From Haplodiscus bocki (lineage: Eukaryota): a DNA stretch of 64,000 nucleotides. Position numbers and translations under genes: made by a program. How positions within the stretch are numbered: the stretch's first letter is position 1; each line of letters starts with the position of its first letter. Below, piece after piece: positions 50,130 through 61,600 of this stretch. The stretch spans positions 115,320,001 to 115,384,000 of the forward strand of contig OZ296650.1 in the NCBI GenBank assembly GCA_965655095.1, in the 5' to 3' direction. The notes under the pieces are model-generated. The model worked only from the letters and a program-made list of their open reading frames with translations, ran no database searches and was not told the DNA's origin.

Positions 50130-50900
50130 TAAAAGTTTTTGGTATTTTCGAGGGAATGAACTTTCAAAGTGTTTTTCTAGTTGATTTTAGGGTTTCATTG
50201 GAAGTTGTGGGGGATTTTAGTGTTTTTTTGCAGAGTAGATCTCTTTTGAGACTGCTGCCTTCGTATTGAGTTCTTCCCTCTACTAACGGATGCAATTAAT
50301 AAAGTGCCTTCAATTTTACGGTTTGCAACTTTTTTGACTGGTTTTACCTTTTGTCATCTGTACACTGCATCTAAAAACGAAACGTTCAATTATCAACTGT
50401 TTTGAATGAGAGATAATGTTAATAAGCACGTTACAGTTTTTTTTTATTTTGTTTCTATTCAAAGAAAAAAGAAGACGTTCAGTTTTTCGCCAACGTTCAT
50501 GTGTTCCTCATTTTTATCCCGTGTAGAATCAAAGCAGTGCTGAATTCACTTTTGTATGGGAATGGAGCTGCAAGAAATTATTATAACGCAGATACTAAAG
50601 GTGGCAAACTCTGCTTTTGATCGAATAGGCACTGCGCTTCTTCGCTTTCGGTTGATCACTAGGGAATGCTACTCAACATAATATCGCTTGCTCATCCAGT
50701 AATACTTGACAAACAGGCTAATTTCGCTCGTATAACGATCAACTTTTTGATCAAATAGATATTCAACGTATCACTGCAGACAGGAGCGTTTCTGTTGGTT
50801 ATTGTCCAGATGGGTTTCCGTGGGTGGACGATTCAATGAACTGCATGTGCATTCGGCCGACCAGAAAACGTTTTAATATTTACCGTTGTAATGTATATTG
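50130..50900 (-). pseudogene. Maverick-type rve integrase relic within the macrosatellite unit (also ~54050-54830, ~62230-63020)
   Basis: DNNQQK...YLFDQKVD (50740-50815; cf. DNNGVKYLLV.QDLFDRTVD). VSK/DLFFKK/PQ..NE (cf. ISKxDLPFRKGYKPQFTxE). RKYQKL (~50135-50152; cf. KFYQKEL). Read across frameshifts. Confidence 0.45.
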
Positions 50901-50984
50901 CAAAACGAATCAACCTCTCAGAATGTAAATACTTTTCTGTGGTCCTTCACTATTCTAAACAAAGCAAGTTAGCACCTTTGGAAC

Positions 50985-51480
50985 ACCAAAGAAACCTTCT
51001 GGACACGTAGAATGCAGTTTTGGCCTTCCTGTTGAAGATTGTTCGCATAGAGTCCGGAAAGTTTCCGCTCAAGGTACCAAGAAAGAGGTATTTGGGGAAT
51101 GATCAAACCACATTGTTCTTCTGAATATGTAGAAGGCAATGTTGACGTGGCAACCCTAATGTAATTTTTTTCCCGAAACCCAAAATTATCTGGCTCAAAG
51201 TGTGAACAAAAAATAACGTTAAACTTTTTTCAAAAAAAAACGTTCCTCTAGACAGCCCCGCTGAATAAAATTCTGTGAATCCTTCTGAAATTGTTTGCAT
51301 CAAAGTCCAACATTTTTTCGCTGATTTTTGGAAAACGCTTTCAACTATTTATAATTTCCAAAGAGAAAATTTTGCTTCAAAAGTTCCTGTAAGTTTATAA
51401 ACTTATATTAGGTTTCAGTTTTGCTGACTATTGTTACTCATTTTTTCTCCATATCTACATGGTTCCATTCTACCATCAGT
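50985..51480 (+). repeat. Short-period repeat block (TCTGGACACGTAGAATGCAGTTTT family) at the junction of macrosatellite units (also ~54905-55400, ~63110-63610)
   Basis: Three to four diverged ~120-140-bp subunits starting cttctggacacgtagaatgcagtttt / cttctgaatatgtagaaggcaatg / cctctagacagccc. Confidence 0.55.
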
Positions 51481-51849
51481 GTCTCAGTCGACACTTATCC
51501 ACTTGAGAAGGACTTTCCAAGAGAAAAATCATCAAATGCGCCTCCTTGTATCCGCTTCTTGACAGGCCGAAAGTGCCAAGAAAGGATTTTAAGGAAGACC
51601 GATCTGGGTTTTCAAACTCATGGAACTTCAAAACTACCTAATTGACTTTGTATTTTGAATGTTCAACTGAGAAATTGTTTTTGGAGGGAAACTATTCACT
51701 GAAAAAACGTTTGATTTTGTTCCATCTTTTGGCATCCTCAGTGTTCACAAATTGCAATTTGTATAGACATATCTCACTATAAAACTTCATTTATCTCAAA
51801 AAACAAGCGGCATCTTGACTTGTTCTATGACAGTGTGAGGTAACAACGT

Positions 51850-52700
51850 TTGCTTGTAGCGTAATACGTCGTAAACAACTGTTGCTTTATTTAATGTGTT
51901 GAAATCTTGACAAAAGATAAATGCCAAAAATTCCCCAAAATTGGAACATCTCGACATTCAAATTCTTTTTTTCAATACTACCTGCCTCATTCCTCCTGCA
52001 ACAGTCTTTAACAACAATTTTCATCAGTTCTAAGCGACCGTAACGAATGCGAAAGACAATTTCTTCAGACATCCATTTTAATTGTTTCAGGGGCTCTTTC
52101 TTTCTTTACACTTTCAGCTGAAAATTTTTCATTTAAAGCACAATAGTTCTTCAGCTGTTTCGTGGGTTTTTTTTGATCTGCGTGAAAAAAATGCGACAAA
52201 ACTTCAGTTCTTCACTCACTAAAGTTTGTTTCCTCTTGCAAAAATTCTCGGTAGATTTCCTTGCGGAAAAATATTATAGAAACCATCAATTCTTCAACTC
52301 TGATCATAGTTATCATGTTTTTGGTTGAGGATTTCTACATTTGGATCTCCAATTAGCTAAACAAAGTATGTGCTTGATGATGAGACTCTGTCTTATTACA
52401 TGCTAAACACCAGCTGCGATCAAAAAATATTGGAATTGTTTTTCTGCGAACGAAATTTAAAAAAAAAGATTCTGGGTAGGTCGCGGCTTCCACAGGGTTC
52501 AAAGTTTTTTTAACAGTGACTTTTTAAAATCTTATTACATTTGCACAAACTAAAAAGCAAAACTCAATGCTATCAGAGACTTTGATTTTCTAACAAGACT
52601 GAAACTTCCCGTTAAGATTAAATGCGAGCTGATGTTGAAAAGCGAGCTTTTTTCAACATGCTCAGTCAAATTATAATGCTCTGGACAAAAAGCACGTCCA
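51850..52700 (-). pseudogene. Maverick packaging ATPase (A32-like) relic within the macrosatellite unit (present in every unit)
   Basis: In order: LILTGSFSLVRKSKSLI (decayed Walker A); FQVSFEEN in the first unit (~48500; cf. Walker B IFDDSCEE); IAAGV*HV..SLIIKHIL (cf. IAxAGRH..xxYIKHNL); RIRYGRL (cf. PYGHL). Confidence 0.45.
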
Positions 52701-55439
52701 TGAAAAAGCCGTAAATTGCTTCGGCGTAGAAGAAGGAGAAACAATATGAATCTTGTACCTCTTGCTTACTGACAAACGTTTCGTTGCGCTGTTCTGGAAA
52801 AGATTCTTCTAAATCGACATCAATTTTTTTCCAGAGACATTTGACAAATTGAAAGCCTTCATGTTGGCTTTTAGGTCATCAGACTGTTTAACTGTTAAAT
52901 AGCCGCAGTGAAACCTTAACTGCTACGACATAGCAGCTGGTCAAATTCATGTTAAAACTTCTCGACAGATTTTCTCTACTGAAAGATGTTGGAAGTCGGA
53001 CTTCTTTGAAAAATCGTTTCTCAAGTTGGACTTTATATACTGGCAAAATTTGCTGTCATATAGCATTAACTGCACAAAACATGAGGGGCAATAACAGTCA
53101 GTTGTGTCATACGCTTTTGCTGCGGTCACAAAATACAACTTTTGCGATAGTTTTTCCGGCCAGAAAAAAGATGATCGTTACAATTTTGATAATTTCTACT
53201 TTTTCAGTCAACTTCAGCCTATTGCCTTGAAAAACCAAACCGAAAACGACGCAGACGTTCTTTAGCACAGCAGAGAGATACTAATGTTCTATCTATTAGC
53301 TTGTGGTTGAGATCAATGGTTTTGTTGCAAAAATCCTTGACGACGCAACGCAATAAGTGAGCTTTTCTTCAAGTTACTGAATTTTTCACCATTTTTAAAA
53401 TCGGTGCAGTTATGCTTGGTAATCTCTAAGTATCGTGATTTTACTTGTTTTCGTGTTAGATTTCTTTTCAACATATTTCTAACGGAATAGACCTCTAGTT
53501 TTGGATTAATTACTCACTTTATAAACTAAGAATCTTTTTGTACAGCTTTACCGAAAAGATAATGTGGTGTCACACACTGATTTTGTTCGTTGTTCGATCT
53601 TTTTTTGATGCGTTTCTTGCGATATAAACCTGAAAATCGAGACAAGTGCGGCAATAGGGACACCTTGGACATTTTTGACGTCAGATAGGTCATTTCATTC
53701 CTCAAGTAGGGCTTCAAGTTGCCTCAGTTTTGCAGAAACTCAATGAAGACACTCTGTGCTATCAAAAAAGTGATTCCAGTCCGTTTACTTTTAGAGTGTT
53801 TTTTTGCGGAACAAAGGTTTGAAAACTTAGCTAGTTTTAACTTCACTGCATTTTTAGAAGATTTTAGATTTTACTTTCTTTACGGCTGAAGTTGCCACAC
53901 AAGTATTGAATTAGGGATTCTAAATCGTCTAGTAATTCGCATCGTTCTTTTTACAACTTTACATGTGTTTTTTTCAAAAATTTACTGATGAATAAAGTGT
54001 AGTTCACTTACTATTATTTTCACAACTAGCAGTGCTCTGAAATGTAAAGCGAAGAGTTTTTGGTATTTTTGAGGGAGTGAATTTTCAGAGTGTTTTCCTA
54101 GTTGATTTTAGGGTTTCTTTGGAAGTTGTGGGGGATTTTAGTGTTTTTTTTTTGAAGAAAAGATCTCTTTCGAGACTGCTGCCCCCGTATTGAGTTCTTC
54201 CCTCTACTAACGGATATAATTAATAAAGTGCCTTCAATTTTACGGTATGAAACTTTTTTGATTGGTTTTACCTTTTGTCATCAGTACACTGAATCTAAAA
54301 ACGAAACGTTCAATTATCAACTGTTTTGAATGAGAGATAATGTTAATAAGCACGTTACAGTTTTTTTTTATTTTGTTTCTATTCAAAGAAAAAAGAAGAC
54401 GTTCAGTTTTTCGCCAACGTTCATGTGTTCCTCATTTTTATCCCGTGTAGAATCAAAGCAGTGCTGAATTCACTTTTGTATGGGAATGGAGCTGCAAGAA
54501 ATTATTATAACGCAGATACTAAAGGTGGCAAACTCTGCTTTTGATCGAATAGGCACTGCGCTTCTTCGCTTTCGGTTGATCACTAGGGAATGCTACTCAA
54601 CATAATATCGCTTGCTCATCCAGTAATACTTGACAAACAGGCTAATTTCGCTCGTATAACGATCAACTTTTTGATCAAATAGATATTCAACGTATCACTG
54701 CAGACAGGAGCGTTTCTGTTGGTTATTGTCCAGATGGGTTTCCGTGGGTGGACGATTCAATGAACTGCATGTGCATTCGGCCGACCAGAAAACGTTTTAA
54801 TATTTACCGTTGTAATGTATATTGCAAAACGAATCAACCTCTCAGAATGTAAATACTTTTCTGTGGTCCTTCACTATTCTAAACAAAGCAAGTTAGCACC
54901 TTTGGAACACCAAAGAAACCTTCTGGACACGTAGAATGCAGTTTTGGCCTTCCTGTTGAATAATGTTCGCATGGAGTCCGGAAATTTTCTACTCAATTTA
55001 CCCAGAAAGAGGTATTTCAAGAATTCTCAAACCACATTGTTCTTCTGAATATGTAGAAGGCAATGTCTTGGCAACCCTAATGAAACCTTTTTGCCCGAAA
55101 ACTAAAAATTTATGGCTTAAAGTCTGAACGAAAAATAACCTTACAGTTTATGTCCGAAATTGTCCCTCTAAACGGCCTGCTTAATAACACTTTGTGAACC
55201 CTACTGAAATCGTTTGCATCGAAGTCTAAAATTTTTTCGCTTATGGTTCGAAAAGGCTTGCAAGTTTTTAAATTTTGGAATGACCAATTTTTGCCAGAAA
55301 TGTCCCTGAAACGTTATAATCTTAAGTTCGGTTTTAATTTTACTCAATGGTGATTCTCTTTATTCTTGAAATCTACATTGTTCCAGTCTACCATCAGTGT
55401 CTCAGTCGACAGTCTTCCACTTCGCGAGGACTTTTCAAG

Positions 55440-55693
55440 AGAAAAATCATCAAAAGCTTATCCTTGAGTCCGCCTCTTGACAGGCCGAAATTGCCAAGAA
55501 AGTATTTTAAGGAAGACCGATCTGGGTTTTCAAACTCATGGAACTTCAAAACTACCAAATTGACTTCCTGTTTTGAAGGTTCGACTGAGAACTTTTTATT
55601 GGAGGAAAACTTTTCAAGAAAAACGTTTGATTTTGTTCCTTCTCTTGGAATCCTGAATCCTGATTGTTCAAAGAATGCAATTAGTGTAGACAC
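55440..55693 (-). pseudogene. 5' fragment of a Maverick major capsid gene within the macrosatellite unit
   Basis: EPSKQEV...HEFENPDRSSLKYFL resembles the MCP N-terminus (S.HEQEI...IEFEFQTDR..YVDL) and lies directly downstream of the ATPase relic. Confidence 0.35.
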
Positions 55694-58600
55694 ATCTCAC
55701 TATGCAAAGTCGTATTTCTCAAAAACAAGCGGAGGCTTGACTTCTTCTATCACAGTGTCAAGCATAAACGTTTACTTCTGGAGGGATATGTCGAGAACAA
55801 CGGTTGGTTTATTTACTTTGCTGGAATCTTGACAGAGGTGAAATGCCAAAAAGTCCCCAAAATTGAAACATCTCGACATTCAAATTCTTATATATTTAGT
55901 ACTAACTGCCTCATTCCTCCTGCAAGGGTGTTCGAAAACAGCCATTTTTTTACAAGGAAATTCAGTTCTTGGCGACCGTGACGAATGCGAACGAAAATTT
56001 GTTCAGACAACCATTTTAGACATTTCAGGGGCTTTTTTTCTCTGTACTTTCAGCTGAAATGGTTTTAATTGCAGCTCAATAGTTCTTCAGCTGTTTCGTG
56101 GGTTTTTTTTGATCTGCGTGAAAAAAATGCGACAAAACTTCAGTTCTTCACTCACTAAAGTTTGTTTCCTCTTGCAAAAATTCTCGGTAGATTTCCTTGC
56201 GGAAAAATATTATAGAAACCATCAATTCTTCAACTCTGATCATAGTTATCATGTTTTTGGTTGAGGATTTCTACATTTGGATCTCCAATTAGCTAAACAA
56301 AGTATGTGCTTGATGATGAGACTCTGTCTTATTACATGCTAAACACCAGCTGCGATCAAAAAATATTGGAATTGTTTTTCTGCGAACGAAATTTAAAAAA
56401 AAAGATTCTGGGTAGGTCGCGGCTTCCACAGGGTTCAAAGTTTTTTTAACAGTGACTTTTTAAAATCTTATTACATTTGCACAAACTAAAAAGCAAAACT
56501 CAATGCTATCAGAGACTTTGATTTTCTAACAAGACTGAAACTTCCCGTTAAGATTAAATGCGAGCTGATGTTGAAAAGCGAGCTTTTTTCAACATGCTCA
56601 GTCAAATTATAATGCTCTGGACAAAAAGCACGTCCATGAAAAAGCCGTAAATTGCTTCGGCGTAGAAGAAGGAGAAACAATATGAATCTTGTACCTCTTG
56701 CTTACTGACAAACGTTTCGTTGCGCTGTTCTGGAAAAGATTCTTCTAAATCGACATCAATTTTTTTCCAGAGACATTTGACAAATTGAAAGCCTTCATGT
56801 TGGCTTTTAGGTCATCAGACTGTTTAACTGTTAAATAGCCGCAGTGAAACCTTAACTGCTACGACATAGCAGCTGGTCAAATTCATGTTAAAACTTCTCG
56901 ACAGGTTTTTTCTACTGAAATGTTTTGAAATTCGGACTTCTATGAATAATAGTCTCTAAGTTTGGACTTCTTTATACTGGCAGTTATTGGACTCATACAG
57001 CAATAACTGCACAAAAAATAATAGGCAATAAGAGTCAGTTCTGTGAAACGGCTTCGGTGCGGTCACAAAATACAAATTTTACGATAGTTTTTTGGGCGTC
57101 AGACGTCTACTTGGGGAGAACTTTTCAAGAAAAAGAGCATCAAATGCTCGTTCTAGTGTCCTCTTACTGGCAGGCTGAAGAGACCAAGAAAAGATTTTAA
57201 GGAAGGCCGATCTGGGTTTTCAAACTCATGGAACTTCAAAACTACCAAATTGACTTCCTGTTTTGAAGGTTCGACTGAGAACTTTTTATTGGAGGAAAAC
57301 TTTTCAAGAAAAACGTTTGATTTTGTTCCTTCTCTTGGAATCCTGAATCCTGATTGTTCAAAGAATGCAATTAGTGTAGACACATCTCACTATGCAAAGT
57401 CGTATTTCTCAAAAACAAGCGGAGGCTTGACTTCTTCTATCACAGTGTCAAGCATAAACGTTTACTTCTGGAGGGATATGTCGAGAACAACGGTTGGTTT
57501 ATTTACTTTGCTGGAATCTTGACAGAGGTGAAATGCCAAAAAGTCCCCAAAATTGAAACATCTCGACATTCAAATTCTTATATATTTAGTACTAACTGCC
57601 TCATTCCTCCTGCAAGGGTGTTCGAAAACAGCCATTTTTTTACAAGGAAATTCAGTTCTTGGCGACCGTGACGAATGCGAACGAAAATTTGTTCAGACAA
57701 CCATTTTAGACATTTCAGGGGCTTTTTTTCTCTGTACTTTCAGCTGAAATGGTTTTAATTGCAGCTCAATAGTTCTTCAGCTGTTTCATGGCTTTTTTTG
57801 ATCTGCGTGAAAAAAATGCGACAAAACTTCAGTTCTTCACTCACTAAAGTTTGTTTCCTCTTGCAAAAATTCTCGGTAGATTTCCTTGCGGAAAAATATT
57901 ATAGAAACCATCAATTCTTCAACTCTGACCATAGTTATCATGTTTTTGGTTGAGGATTTCTACATTTGGATCTCCAATTAGCTAAACAAAGTATGTGCTT
58001 GATGATGAGACTCTGTCTTATTACATGCTAAACACCAGCTGCGATCAAAAAATATTGGAATTGTTTTTCTGCGAACGAAATTTAAAAAAAAAGATTCTGG
58101 GTAGGTCGCGGCTTCCACAGGGTTCAAAGTTTTTTTAACAGTGACTTTTTAAAATCTTATTACATTTGCACAAACTAAAAAGCAAAACTCAATGCTATCA
58201 GAGACTTTGATTTTCTAACAAGACTGAAACTTCCCGTTAAGATTAAATGCGAGCTGATGTTGAAAAGCGAGCTTTTTTCAACATGCTCAGTCAAATTATA
58301 ATGCTCTGGACAAAAAGCACGTCCATGAAAAAGCCGTAAATTGCTTCGGCGTAGAAGAAGGAGAAACAATATGAATCTTGTACCTCTTGCTTACTGACAA
58401 ACGTTTCGTTGCGCTGTTCTGGAAAAGATTCTTCTAAATCGACATCAATTTTTTTCCAGAGACATTTGACAAATTGAAAGCCTTCATGTTGGCTTTTAGG
58501 TCATCAGACTGTTTAACTGTTAAATAGCCGCAGTGAAACCTTAACTGCTACGACATAGCAGCTGGTCAAATTCATGTTAAAACTTCTCGACAGGTTTTTT

Positions 58601-61600
58601 CTACTGAAATGTTTTGAAATTCGGACTTCTATGAATAATAGTCTCTAAGTTTGGACTTCTTTATACTGGCAGTTATTGGACTCATACAGCAATAACTGCA
58701 CAAAAAATAATAGGCAATAAGAGTCAGTTCTGTGAAACGGCTTCGGTGCGGTCACAAAATACAAATTTTACGATAGTTTTTTGGGCGTCAGACGTCTACT
58801 TGGGGAGAACTTTTCAAGAAAAAGAGCATCAAATGCTCGTTCTAGTGTCCTCTTACTGGCAGGCTGAAGAGACCAAGAAAAGATTTTAAGGAAGGCCGAT
58901 CTGGGTTTTCAAACTCATGGAACTTCAAAACTACCAAATTGACTTCCTGTTTTGAAGGTTCGACTGAGAACTTTTTATTGGAGGAAAACTTTTCAAGAAA
59001 AACGTTTGATTTTGTTCCTTCTCTTGGAATCCTGAATCCTGATTGTTCAAAGAATGCAATTAGTGTAGACACATCTCACTATGCAAAGTCGTATTTCTCA
59101 AAAACAAGCGGAGGCTTGACTTCTTCTATCACAGTGTCAAGCATAAACGTTTACTTCTGGAGGGATATGTCGAGAACAACGGTTGGTTTATTTACTTTGC
59201 TGGAATCTTGACAGAGGTGAAATGCCAAAAAGTCCCCAAAATTGAAACATCTCGACATTCAAATTCTTATATATTTAGTACTAACTGCCTCATTCCTCCT
59301 GCAAGGGTGTTCGAAAACAGCCATTTTTTTACAAGGAAATTCAGTTCTTGGCGACCGTGACGAATGCGAACGAAAATTTGTTCAGACAACCATTTTAGAC
59401 ATTTCAGGGGCTTTTTTTCTCTGTACTTTCAGCTGAAATGGTTTTAATTGCAGCTCAATAGTTCTTCAGCTGTTTCGTGGGTTTTTTTTGATCTGCGTGA
59501 AAAAAATGCGACAAAACTTCAGTTCTTCACTCACTAAAGTTTGTTTCCTCTTGCAAAAATTCTCGGTAGATTTCCTTGCGGAAAAATATTATAGAAACCA
59601 TCAATTCTTCAACTCTGACCATAGTTATCATGTTTTTGGTTGAGGATTTCTACATTTGGATCTCCAATTAGCTAAACAAAGTATGTGCTTGATGATGAGA
59701 CTCTGTCTTATTACATGCTAAACACCAGCTGCGATCAAAAAATATTGGAATTGTTTTTCTGCGAACGAAATTTAAAAAAAAAGATTCTGGGTAGGTCGCG
59801 GCTTCCACAGGGTTCAAAGTTTTTTTAACAGTGACTTTTTAAAATCTTATTACATTTGCACAAACTAAAAAGCAAAACTCAATGCTATCAGAGACTTTGA
59901 TTTTCTAACAAGACTGAAACTTCCCGTTAAGATTAAATGCGAGCTGATGTTGAAAAGCGAGCTTTTTTCAACATGCTCAGTCAAATTATAATGCTCTGGA
60001 CAAAAAGCACGTCCATGAAAAAGCCGTAATTTGCTTCGGCGTAGAAGAAGGAGAAACAATATGAATCTTGTACCTCTTGCTTACTGACAAACGTTTCGTT
60101 GCGCTGTTCTGGAAAAGATTCTTCTAAATCGACATCAATTTTTTTTCCAGAGACATTTGACAAATTGAAAGCCTTCATGTTGGCTTTTAGGTCATCAGAC
60201 TGTTTAACTGTTAAATAGCCGCAGTGAAACCTTAACTGCTACGACATAGCAGCTGGTCAAATTCATGTTAAAACTTCTCGACAGATTTTCTCTACTGAAA
60301 GATGTTGGAAGTCGGACTTCTTTGAAAAATCGTTTCTCAAGTTGGACTTTATATACTGGCAAAATTTGCTGTCATATAGCATTAACTGCACAAAACATGA
60401 GGGGCAATAACAGTCAGTTCTGTGAAACGGCTTCGGTGCGGTCACAAAATACAAATTTTACGATAGTTTTTTGGGCGTCAGACGTCTACTTGGGGAGAAC
60501 TTTTCAAGAAAAAGAGCATCAAATGCTCGTTCTAGTGTCCTCTTACTGGCAGGCTGAAGAGACCAAGAAAGGATTTTAAGGAAGACCCATCTGAGTTTTC
60601 AAACTTATAAAACTTTAAAATTACCAAATTGACTTTCTGTTTGGATGGTTCAACTGAGAATCTTTTCTTGGAGGAAAAAACTCATTAAAAAACTTTTGAT
60701 TTTGTTCCTTCTTTTGGAATCCTGGTTGTTCACAAAATGCAATTAGTATAGACACATCCCACTTTCCAATTTCGATTTTCTAAAAAACAAGCGGCGGCAT
60801 GACTTCTTCTATCACAGTTACAAGCATCAATGTTTACCTTTGGAGGGATATGTCGAGAACAACTGTTGGTTTATTTAATCTGCTGGAATCTTGAGAAAGG
60901 TGAAATGCCAAAAAGTCCCCAAAATTGAAATATCTCGACATTCAAATTCCTATATATTTAGTACTACCTGCATCTTTTCTCCTGCAAAGGTCTTCGAAAG
61001 GAGCCATTTTTTACAAAAAAAAACTTTTCATAAACTCATCAGTTCTTGGGGACCGTACCGAATGCGAAAGAACATATCTTCAGACATCCATATTAAACAT
61101 TTCAGGGCTTTTTTCTTTCTTTGCACTTTCAGCTGAAAATTTCTTTGTTGCAGCTCAATAGTTCTGCGGCTGTTTTATGGGTTTTTTGAATTGCAGGAAG
61201 TTAATCTGAGACAATATCAACCCCTCATTCACTAATTTTTGTTTCCGCTTGGAAAAAATTTTGGTAGACTTCTTCACGGAAAAACTCTTGAAAATCCATC
61301 AATTCTTCAACTCTGACCATGGTTATCTTTTTTTAGGGTTGAGGATTTCTACATTTAGAACTCCAATTAGATAAACAATGTATGTGCTTCATGGTGAGAC
61401 TCCGTATTATTACATGTTAAACATCAGCTGCGATCAAAATTTATTGGAATTGTTTTCTAAGAACGAAATTGAAAATTGAAGATTCTGGGTCATTCGCGGC
61501 TTTCACTGGGTTTAAAATCTTTTTTGGCAGATTTAAAACCTTTTCCTCAATTAGCTGCAGATATTTCTGGGATTCTCTGAGTATCGTGATTCCTCAATCA

